Assembly: GCA_003555075.1 (NCBI GenBank)
Contig: PWHW01000005.1
Location: 1-52,998 of the forward strand
Direction: 5' to 3'
Length of the DNA: 52,998 nt
Origin: Candidatus Nealsonbacteria bacterium
GTDB taxonomy: Bacteria > Patescibacteriota > Minisyncoccia > Minisyncoccales > PWPS01
The notes below the pieces were generated by a model. It did not search any database. It saw only the letters and a program-made list of their open reading frames with translations, and was not told where the DNA came from. Both the position numbers and the translations under genes were made by a program. Each line of letters opens with the position of its first letter. Position 1 is the stretch's first letter. Positions 45,923-52,998 of this stretch are shown here, one piece after another.

Positions 45923-46777
45923 ATGTCCATTTCTTCGAATATTACTTTAGAGGAGGTTTTCAGAGAAGCGAGAAAGGGGCGCTGGGCTATCGGTCAATTC
46001 AATTTTTCCACTATTGATCAATTACAAGGTATAGTCTCTGCTGCAAGAGAACTTGATACTCCCGTTATTTGTGGTACTTCGATGGGAGAAGTTGATTTTT
46101 TGGGAATGGAGGAAGTCATCTCCTTGATAAGAGCAGTAAGAAAGAAAGAGAATGTCCCTATTTTTTTAAACCTTGACCATGCCAAGGATATTAAATTGGC
46201 AAGAAAAGCCATTGATTCAGGGTATGACATGATTCAATTTGACGGATCGGAAATTCCCTATGAAGATAATGTGAGAGTAACAGGTGAATTGGTTGATTAT
46301 GCAAAAAAGAAGAGTGTATTGGTAGAAGGAGAGGTGTGTGAAATATCCGGGAAGTCTACTGTTTCAAACGAGAATCTGAAGGATCCTTCCTTGACTTCCA
46401 TAGAAAAAGTTGCTAAATTTACAAAATATACAGGTGTTGATTGTATTGCGCTAGGAGTTGGGAATGTGCATGGAATCCACAAGGGTTCTCCCGAGCTTCG
46501 TCTCGGAAGGATAAGCGATTTTTTGGGCGTTTCCGATTGCTTTGTAACAATGCACGGAGGCTCAGGTGTTGAGGATGAAAAGATCAGAGAGGCTGCTGAA
46601 AGGGGAGTGGTAAAGGTAAATTTGAATACTGAGCTTCGTGTTGCTTGGAGAAAGGGGGTAGAGAGTTCACTCAAGGATGATAAAAATGAAATGGCGCCTT
46701 ATCGCATACTTTCGCAGGCGCGCAACGCTGTTTATAAGAAAACAAGAGAGAAAATGATAATCTTGAGAAATAAATAG
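45923..46777 (+). CDS. fba: Class II fructose-bisphosphate aldolase
   Basis: QFN, LDHA, FDGS, VEGE, GNVHG, HGGSG and KVN.NT motifs. Confidence 0.9.
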   Translation: MSISSNITLEEVFREARKGRWAIGQFNFSTIDQLQGIVSAARELDTPVICGTSMGEVDFLGMEEVISLIRAVRKKENVPIFLNLDHAKDIKLARKAIDSGYDMIQFDGSEIPYEDNVRVTGELVDYAKKKSVLVEGEVCEISGKSTVSNENLKDPSLTSIEKVAKFTKYTGVDCIALGVGNVHGIHKGSPELRLGRISDFLGVSDCFVTMHGGSGVEDEKIREAAERGVVKVNLNTELRVAWRKGVESSLKDDKNEMAPYRILSQARNAVYKKTREKMIILRNK

Positions 46778-46786
46778 AATTTTTTC

Positions 46787-47023
46787 ATGAAAAGGATCAT
46801 ACTTGAAAAGAGTAAATGTATCGGTTGCGGGACCTGTAGTGCTGTTTGTCCATCTCATTGGGAGATGGGGGAGGATGGTCTTGCTTCTTTGAAGGGAGGT
46901 ACAGAAAAGGAAAATGTGATAGAGAAAGAGGTAGAAGAAGCGGGTTGTAACGAAGAAGCTGCACAACTGTGTGCTGCACAATGCATAAAAATAGAAAACA
47001 ACAAAGAAAAAGAGAATAATTGA
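46787..47023 (+). CDS. Monocluster ferredoxin
   Basis: CIGCGTC...CP and a distal C.AQCI. Confidence 0.88.
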   Translation: MKRIILEKSKCIGCGTCSAVCPSHWEMGEDGLASLKGGTEKENVIEKEVEEAGCNEEAAQLCAAQCIKIENNKEKENN

Positions 47024-47032
47024 GTTTCATTC

Positions 47033-47722
47033 ATGACTGTGAAAAACAAAAGCAAGATATCGGCTAAGACGAGGAGGCCGAAAGAAAAAACAAGGGATGG
47101 AGAAAGAATTCCTGCGGTGGTTTATGGGCCAAAGAGGGAAAGTACTCCCATTTTGATAAATAAAAAGGAGTTCGCCAAACTTTATAAAGAAGCAGGGGAA
47201 AGTACTCTTATTACCCTTGATATAGAAGATACCAAGGAAAAGGTTTCCGTATTAATATATGATGTACAGGAAGATCCCATAAAGAGAGATATAATGCATG
47301 CGGATTTCTTGGAGCCCAACCTTAAGGAAAAAGTGGAAGCGGAAATTCCTCTTGTCTTTGTTGGCAGCTCTCCGGTAGTGGAGGAAATGGAAGGTACTTT
47401 AGTAAGGAATGCTGATACTGTGGATGTCAAAGCACTTCCGGACAAATTACCTCATGAAGTTGAAGTCGATATCGGGAAGATACAAACATTTGATGATGTT
47501 GTTTACATAAAGGATCTCAAGATCCCCTCTGAGGTGGAGATAATGCAAGATGAGGATATGGTCGTGGCCATGGTTTCAAAGCCCGAGGATGTGGAGAGTG
47601 AGCTTGAAAAACCGATAGAGGAAGAGGAGGAGCCCGAGGTAATAGGTGAGAAGGAGGAGGAAGAAGATGAAGAGGAGACTGAGGAGGAAAAAGGAGAAGA
47701 ACAAAAAGAAGAAGAGAAATAG
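47033..47722 (+). CDS. rplY: 50S ribosomal protein bL25/Ctc
   Basis: IPAVVYG, Q.DP.....HADF, C-terminal Ctc domain and acidic tail. Confidence 0.93.
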   Translation: MTVKNKSKISAKTRRPKEKTRDGERIPAVVYGPKRESTPILINKKEFAKLYKEAGESTLITLDIEDTKEKVSVLIYDVQEDPIKRDIMHADFLEPNLKEKVEAEIPLVFVGSSPVVEEMEGTLVRNADTVDVKALPDKLPHEVEVDIGKIQTFDDVVYIKDLKIPSEVEIMQDEDMVVAMVSKPEDVESELEKPIEEEEEPEVIGEKEEEEDEEETEEEKGEEQKEEEK

Positions 47723-47728
47723 TAAAAA

Positions 47729-49084
47729 ATGAAAAGAATACTAATCACAACACTCCTTTCAACTCTCCTTTTAATGGGAGGCGTGTTTGTCTTTGCTCAA
47801 GATAAGGAGGCGGAACGCAGGGAGCTTGAGCAAGAGCTTGAAAGGCTTGAAGAGGAGATAGCCCGAGCGGAGCGTGATATTACTGCAACAGAAGCGGAAA
47901 AGCAAAGCTTGCAGAACAGGATCAATCAGTTACAAAATGAAATAAGCTATCTTTCTTCTCAAATAGAGAGGAACGAGCTTATTGTTAGTAGCTTGGGTCA
48001 TGAGATTGCTGATACGGAGGATTCGATAAGAGAGACCACCAGAAAGATAGAGGAATCCCGAGAGGAGCTTTCCGAAGTATTGAGGGCCATGCACATGGAA
48101 GGAAGAACATCCACCATAGAGGTTCTTATTATCGAGGACGATCTTTCTTCGGTTTTCAATAATCTCAATTCTTTGGAAAGACTTTCTTCCGAAACACGAA
48201 GCATTCTGGACAATGTTAGGGATTTCAGGAGTTCTCTTGCCGGCTACAAGGAAGATTTGGAAGAGGATCAAGAAGAAGCGCGTAGGACGGCTCAGATAAT
48301 GGAAGCCCAAAAAAGACAAGAAGAGGCTGCCAGAAGACAGCAAGAGTCACTTTATGACATGACAGAAGAGGAGTATCAGCAACAACTCGCGGAAAAAAGA
48401 GAGCTTGAGGAGAGAAAAAGAGAGATAAATGAGAAACTTGTTGAGCTTGTCGGTATACCTGAAGTTGATATGCCCACCTTCGAAGAAGCGGTGGAAGTTG
48501 CCGAATGGGTTGAAGGGCATACCGGAATAAGACCTGCTTTCCTTTTGTCTATAATCATGCAGGAGTCTGCGTTGGGAAGAAATGTGGGTCAGTGCTATAT
48601 AGCCGATACGAGTTCCGGGGCCTCAAGACACATTAATACAGGACAAACCTATAGCAACGGAATACATCCCACAAGGGACCTCCCTGTATTTCTTACTATA
48701 ACGAATGAACTGGGGAGAGATCCTAAAAGAACCCCCGTTTCTTGTCCGATGAGTTATGGCTATGGAGGAGCGATGGGACCGGCACAATTCATTCCATCCA
48801 CCTGGCAAAGTGTGAGATCTTCGGTGCGGAATGTACTGGGAAGAGAGCCCAGTCCTTGGGAAATAAGTGATTCTTTCTTGGCTTCAGGAACGCTCCTTAG
48901 GAATTTAGGAGGGGCTTATAATGAAAGAAGGGCAGCATTACAGTATTTTGCAGGTGCCAATTGGCAAGCTTCTCATGTGCAATTTTACGGTGATCAAACC
49001 GTGGAAAGAGCGAACTGTATTCAAACCTTTCTTAATGAAGGCACTATGAGCTCAAGGTGTAACAGCTTAGTCTTTATGCCCTGA
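47729..49084 (+). CDS. Secreted coiled-coil protein with lytic murein transglycosylase domain
   Basis: Signal peptide, long coiled coil, QES.LG.NVG and GGAMGPAQFIPSTW motifs. Confidence 0.85.
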   Translation: MKRILITTLLSTLLLMGGVFVFAQDKEAERRELEQELERLEEEIARAERDITATEAEKQSLQNRINQLQNEISYLSSQIERNELIVSSLGHEIADTEDSIRETTRKIEESREELSEVLRAMHMEGRTSTIEVLIIEDDLSSVFNNLNSLERLSSETRSILDNVRDFRSSLAGYKEDLEEDQEEARRTAQIMEAQKRQEEAARRQQESLYDMTEEEYQQQLAEKRELEERKREINEKLVELVGIPEVDMPTFEEAVEVAEWVEGHTGIRPAFLLSIIMQESALGRNVGQCYIADTSSGASRHINTGQTYSNGIHPTRDLPVFLTITNELGRDPKRTPVSCPMSYGYGGAMGPAQFIPSTWQSVRSSVRNVLGREPSPWEISDSFLASGTLLRNLGGAYNERRAALQYFAGANWQASHVQFYGDQTVERANCIQTFLNEGTMSSRCNSLVFMP

Positions 49085-49095
49085 TCGATTTCAAT

Positions 49096-50178
49096 TTATT
49101 CTTCAATAACTATATCTCTATAATCTTCCCGCTCTTCGGCATCCCGAAGAGCGTTTATTATTTCGTCCAGATCTCCTTGAAGTATCTCTTCGAGTTTGTA
49201 CCAACTTTGGTCGATGCGATGATCTGTTACTCTGTTCTGCATAAAGTTGTATGTTCTTATTTTCTCGGCGCGCATCCCTGACCTTATCTGTGATTGCCTT
49301 TCCTTTTCTTCTTTTTCCCTTCTTTCTCTTTCTTTCTTTTCATGCAGCTTCGCTTCTAGGAGGGTCATTGCGATTTCTTTGTTTTGCTGAAGGCTTCTTT
49401 CGTTTTGCGAAGTTACGATTAGTCCTGTGGGGTCATGAAATATTCTTACCGCTGTTTCTCGGGTGTTGACATATTGCCCTCCGGGTCCGGATGCTTTGCA
49501 AGTTTGTACCCTTATATCCTTGGGATCGATCTTTATTTTTCCTTTCTTGGGTTCGGAAAGTACTGCAACAGAAACAGTGGAAGTATGTACTCTACCACCC
49601 TTTTCCGTTTCGGGCACTCTTTGTACTCTATGAACTCCTCCTTCATATTTCATGAGGGAGTAGGGGTCCTTATTCTTAAGCTTGGCTGTGACGGCTTTGA
49701 GGCCTCCTTGTTCTGTCTTGCTTTCATCGAGTATCTTGGTTTCCACCCCCTTGGATTCCAGATATCTCTTGTACATTTCAAGTAGTTCTGCCGCAAAGAG
49801 AGAAGATTCATCACCTCCCGCTCCGGCTCTTATTTCTATAATAGCAGTGTCCTTTTTTACATCTGTGCTTTCACCCCTCCCTTCCTTTTCGGCAATAAGT
49901 CTTTTTAACTCTTTTATTATTTCTTCTTTTTCCTTTTCTAATATCTCATTTTCTTCTTTCGCCATAAAAACGAGATCCTCATCGTCTCCCTCTTTTATCA
50001 CTTCCTTATTCTCGCTTAGCTTCTTGTTTGTTTTTTCCAGCTCGTTCTTTTTGGAAATTATTTCTTCCAATATTTTCTTTTTTTCACCCAAAGATTCCCA
50101 ATCATCGATCTCTTCCGGACGAGATAATTTATCCATCATCTCATCATATTCCTTTTGTATATTATCAAGTATTGTCAT
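49096..50178 (-). CDS. prfA: Peptide chain release factor 1
   Basis: EIRAGAGGDE, HRVQRVPET, GGQ and IRTYN...RVTDHR motifs. Confidence 0.96.
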   Translation of the reverse strand: MTILDNIQKEYDEMMDKLSRPEEIDDWESLGEKKKILEEIISKKNELEKTNKKLSENKEVIKEGDDEDLVFMAKEENEILEKEKEEIIKELKRLIAEKEGRGESTDVKKDTAIIEIRAGAGGDESSLFAAELLEMYKRYLESKGVETKILDESKTEQGGLKAVTAKLKNKDPYSLMKYEGGVHRVQRVPETEKGGRVHTSTVSVAVLSEPKKGKIKIDPKDIRVQTCKASGPGGQYVNTRETAVRIFHDPTGLIVTSQNERSLQQNKEIAMTLLEAKLHEKKERERREKEEKERQSQIRSGMRAEKIRTYNFMQNRVTDHRIDQSWYKLEEILQGDLDEIINALRDAEEREDYRDIVIEE

Positions 50179-50220
50179 AACTCATATTTATTCAGTAAAA
50201 ATTACCCATTTCCTTGACCT

Positions 50221-50251
50221 TAAAACAAAACCCCCAGCGAAAAGAGGGGGA
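50221..50251 (-). terminator. Possible terminator after rpmE
   Basis: Minus strand CCCCCT...GGGGG hairpin followed by TTTTGTTTT. Confidence 0.5.
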
Positions 50252-50269
50252 GAGTTTTATTGTTTGCGG

Positions 50270-50491
50270 CTATTTCTTCTTTTGTTCTTGTGCTTTTTCC
50301 ATTTTTTTCTTGAATCTCTCTACTCGTCCCATTGTATCGAGAATCTTTTTCTTTCCGGTATAGAAGGGGTGACAAGCGGAGCATACTTCTACTTTTATCT
50401 TTTCCTTGGTGGATCCTATAGTAAAAGCATTGCCACAAGCGCAACTCACTTGAGCCTTTTCATTATATGTTGGGTGAATATCTTTTTTCAT
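50270..50491 (-). CDS. rpmE: 50S ribosomal protein bL31 (Zn-binding type)
   Basis: [22 protein letters not shown] and GRVERF; start re-assigned to 50491. Confidence 0.96.
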   Translation of the reverse strand: MKKDIHPTYNEKAQVSCACGNAFTIGSTKEKIKVEVCSACHPFYTGKKKILDTMGRVERFKKKMEKAQEQKKK

Positions 50492-50596
50492 AATAAATTG
50501 TTTCACTTTCATTGTTAACTGATATATGATAACAGATAAAGAGCAAAAAAACAAGCCCCTTCTTTAGTTTTTTTGCGGGTTTCCATGCCACCCTAC

Positions 50597-50625
50597 TTGA
50601 TATTATTTACAAAGAGTGTTATACT
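50597..50625 (+). promoter_or_regulatory. sigma70 promoter of rpsB-tsf
   Basis: TTGATA-17 nt-TATACT with TG extension. Confidence 0.6.
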
Positions 50626-50656
50626 CCGTAGCGTATAATTTAAAAGTAAGATTCAT

Positions 50657-51367
50657 ATGGCAGTACAAACCAAAGAAACAGAAGTACAAAAAGATGTGCC
50701 GGAGCTCGAAGAAATGGCGAAGGCCGGAATGCATTTTGGCCAGGACGTTTCAAGAAGGCATCCTAACATGATTCCTTATATTGAAGGCGTTAAGGGATCT
50801 ATCCATGTAATAAATCTTCAAAAAACGAAAGAAAAACTTGACGAATGCCTGGAATACATCAAAGAAATGAAGAAAGAAGATAAAGTGATCCTTTTTGTTT
50901 CTACCAGACCGGAATTGCAAAAAACGGTAAAAGAAGTTGCCAAGGAGTGTAATATGCCATACGTGGTGAGTCGTTTTTTGGGAGGAATGCTCACTAACTT
51001 TGACACGATCAAGAAGAGAATCCAATACTATAATGACCTTATTAAGCAAAAAGAGAGTGGAGAGCTTGAAAGAAAATACACTAAACAGGAAAGAACCAAA
51101 ATGATGAAGGAAATGGAGGGTCTTGAAAGGAAGTTCGGGGGAGTAAAGAATATGGAGCGACTTCCCGATGCCATCTTTGTGGTTGACATGACAAAGGAGG
51201 AGCTTGCAGTAAAGGAGGCAAAGATTTGCAATATTCCCGTGATCGCTATTGCCGATACAGATGCCGACCCCTCTCATGCTGATTATTTCATTCCTGCTAA
51301 TGACAACTCCATTCATTCTGTGAAATATATTCTGGAAAAGGTGAAAGCAATATTAAAGAAAAAGTAA
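50657..51367 (+). CDS. rpsB: 30S ribosomal protein uS2
   Basis: AGMHFG, P.M.PYI, LGGMLTNF, PDAIFV and IPAND motifs. Confidence 0.96.
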   Translation: MAVQTKETEVQKDVPELEEMAKAGMHFGQDVSRRHPNMIPYIEGVKGSIHVINLQKTKEKLDECLEYIKEMKKEDKVILFVSTRPELQKTVKEVAKECNMPYVVSRFLGGMLTNFDTIKKRIQYYNDLIKQKESGELERKYTKQERTKMMKEMEGLERKFGGVKNMERLPDAIFVVDMTKEELAVKEAKICNIPVIAIADTDADPSHADYFIPANDNSIHSVKYILEKVKAILKKK

Positions 51368-51378
51368 CTCTTTAAAAT

Positions 51379-51963
51379 ATGCCAAATATAGATCAAGTAA
51401 AAAAGCTTAGGGAAGAAACCGGAGTCCCTATGATGGAGTGCAAGAAAGCGCTTGAGAAGAGTAACGGGGATCTGGAAAAAGCAAAAAAATTTTTAAGAGA
51501 GAAAGGAGAGGAGGTTTCCGGAAAGAGGGCCGGAAGAACTGCCGGGGAAGGTATTGTTGCAAGCTACATTCATTCCAATAATAAGTTGGGTGTTTTACTT
51601 GATCTTCGTTGTGAGTCTGATTTTGTAGCTAAATCCGAGGATTTCAAGAATCTGGGCCATGAGCTTTGCTTACAAATAGCTGCGGCAAAACCTGATTATA
51701 TAAGGGAAGAAGATGTCCCTGAAGAAGTCTTGAAAGAAGAAAGAGAGGTTATCTTAAAGCAACACAAAGACTCCGGGAAACCCGAAGAGGTCTTGGAAAA
51801 AATAGTGGAAGGACGCATCAGGAAAATGAAAGAGGAGACAGTTCTTCTTATGCAACCGTGGGTGAAGGATGATAAAAAGAAGGTTGCCGATCTTATAAGC
51901 GAGAAGGTCGCTAAGATCGGAGAAAAGGTGGTGGTGCATCGTTTCCAAAGATTTGAAATATAG
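51379..51963 (+). CDS. tsf: Elongation factor Ts (short form)
   Basis: VKKLRE.TG..MM.CKKAL, CESDFVA, GKP and F.RFE motifs. Confidence 0.96.
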   Translation: MPNIDQVKKLREETGVPMMECKKALEKSNGDLEKAKKFLREKGEEVSGKRAGRTAGEGIVASYIHSNNKLGVLLDLRCESDFVAKSEDFKNLGHELCLQIAAAKPDYIREEDVPEEVLKEEREVILKQHKDSGKPEEVLEKIVEGRIRKMKEETVLLMQPWVKDDKKKVADLISEKVAKIGEKVVVHRFQRFEI

Positions 51964-51972
51964 TCTTAACTT

Positions 51973-52275
51973 ATGACAATTGCTCTTATTATCTTTTTAA
52001 TCGGAGTTTTGTGCGTATTAATCTTTTTGATATGGAAAGCTCCGCTTGTTGCCGACCTTTCGGAAGAAAAAGAGAGGACAGATTCTTTTTTTGTTACTGT
52101 AAAAGAAAGGATCGTGTTGATCGCAAAGGATTTCAAGGCAAGATGCGAAAGTCTCTTGCAGAGTTTTTTGGCAATAATAAGGAGGGTTTTGATCAAAGTT
52201 GAGCAGATCACTACCAAGTGGCTTTGCTCCCTTAAGAAAAGAAAGAAGAAAGAAAACGAAAAAGAGGATCATTAG
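51973..52275 (+). CDS. Hypothetical membrane-anchored protein
   Basis: N-terminal TM helix and basic C-terminus; co-directional with tsf. Confidence 0.65.
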   Translation: MTIALIIFLIGVLCVLIFLIWKAPLVADLSEEKERTDSFFVTVKERIVLIAKDFKARCESLLQSFLAIIRRVLIKVEQITTKWLCSLKKRKKKENEKEDH

Positions 52276-52306
52276 CCTCTTTGATCATTTTTGTAATATT
52301 TGAGCT

Positions 52307-52378
52307 GCCGGCTTAGCTCAGTGGCAGAGCAACGGTTTTGTAAACCGTAGGTCGCCGGTTCAAATCCGGCAGCCGGCT
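52307..52378 (+). tRNA. tRNA-Thr(TGT)
   Basis: GCCGGCT...AGCCGGC acceptor stem; anticodon arm ACGGT-TTTGTAA-ACCGT. Confidence 0.95.
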
Positions 52379-52481
52379 CAAAAGCAAGAAGTCATTGCTT
52401 ACAGTAAATTCAATAAGTAAGCTATTTTTTAACAGAGGGTAAGTGAAGCATCTTGTTTTTACGACCAAAAAAGTTGTCTTC

Positions 52482-52532
52482 TTGACAAGTTTTTTTTATT
52501 GTGTAAAATGGGTTTCAGCACTTTGGAAAATT
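52482..52532 (+). promoter_or_regulatory. rRNA promoter and boxA-like leader element
   Basis: TTGACA-16 nt-TAAAAT, then AGCACTTTGGAAAATT (52517-52532). Confidence 0.7.
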
Positions 52533-52581
52533 ATCCTTTGAGTTATATGAGCCAGTCTCTTAAAGTTGCTTCGAACATCTT

Positions 52582-52998
52582 TTTTTCGAGAGTTTGATTC
52601 TGGCTCAGGATGAACGCTGGCGGCGTGGATTAGGCATGCAAGTCGAGGGGCCGTGAACCCTTGTGGTTCACGGTTACCGGCGAACGGGTTAGTAACACGT
52701 GGGAACATACCTCTGAGACGGGGATAACCTGGAGAAATCCAGAACAATACCCGATAGTCTTTTTTGACCAAGGTCTTAAAAGTAAATGGAACCTTTTGGA
52801 ACCGCTCGGAGATTGGCCCGCGGCCCATCAGCTAGAAGGTGCGGTAATGGCGCACCTTGGCAATGACGGGTAGGCGGGGTTAGCGCCTGATCGCCAACAA
52901 GGGCACTGAGACACGGGCCCTACTCCTACGGGAGGCAGCAGTCGAGAATCATAGACAATGGGGGAAACCCTGATCTTGCGACGCCGCGTGCTTGATGA
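52582..52998 (+). rRNA. rrs: 16S rRNA, 5' part (runs off the window)
   Basis: AGAGTTTGATTCTGGCTCAG, GATGAACGCTGGCGG, GCATGCAAGTCG and ACTCCTACGGGAGGCAGCAG. Confidence 0.97.

Noticed and set aside
49682-50518. Long Ser/Phe-rich antisense ORFs (here and at 15482-15991, 37392-38093, 42642-43325)
   Set aside because: Shadows of Glu/Lys-rich (GAA/AAA) coding on the opposite strand
52496-52873. ORFs 52496-52828 (-) and 52661-52873 (+)
   Set aside because: Lie within the 16S rRNA and its leader
1-52998. Stop-codon reassignment (code 25) or selenocysteine readthrough
   Set aside because: Conserved genes end normally at TGA, RF2 with SPF is present, and no conserved gene shows an in-frame TGA apart from the prfB shift site

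Overview
This 53 kb window looks like chromosomal DNA of a small-genome bacterium, most likely Patescibacteria/CPR (Parcubacteria-like). That assignment is inferred from the OD1-type 16S 5' end, the gene repertoire and the SD-less core genes. Genetic code 11 applies, since prfA and prfB are both present. Housekeeping content: truB, rnpB, murJ, lepA, frameshifted prfB, ftsEX, tlyA, ychF, obgE, ftsZ, rplY, prfA, rpmE, rpsB, tsf, three tRNAs and the start of 16S rRNA. There is also an AmmeMemoRadiSam cluster with a second radical SAM enzyme nearby, and a long co-directional central-carbon run (eno, gpmI, gap, acs, ppaC, ppsA, pfkB-like, fba, ferredoxin). Most notable observations: (1) a compact two-subunit [FeFe]-hydrogenase operon ending in an ECF S-component-like membrane gene, with no maturases in the window; (2) an ~1.15 kb integrase-less islet at the tRNA-Gln 3' end, bounded by a 61-bp hairpin direct repeat and carrying what may be a stranded recombinase C-terminal tail; (3) stand-alone genes with strong Shine-Dalgarno sites in an otherwise SD-less window, one of which shares a 16-mer with the rRNA leader; (4) a divergent FtsZ followed by a GalU-like protein that has lost its catalytic motifs. 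All functional calls come from motif recognition by eye; no database searches were run.
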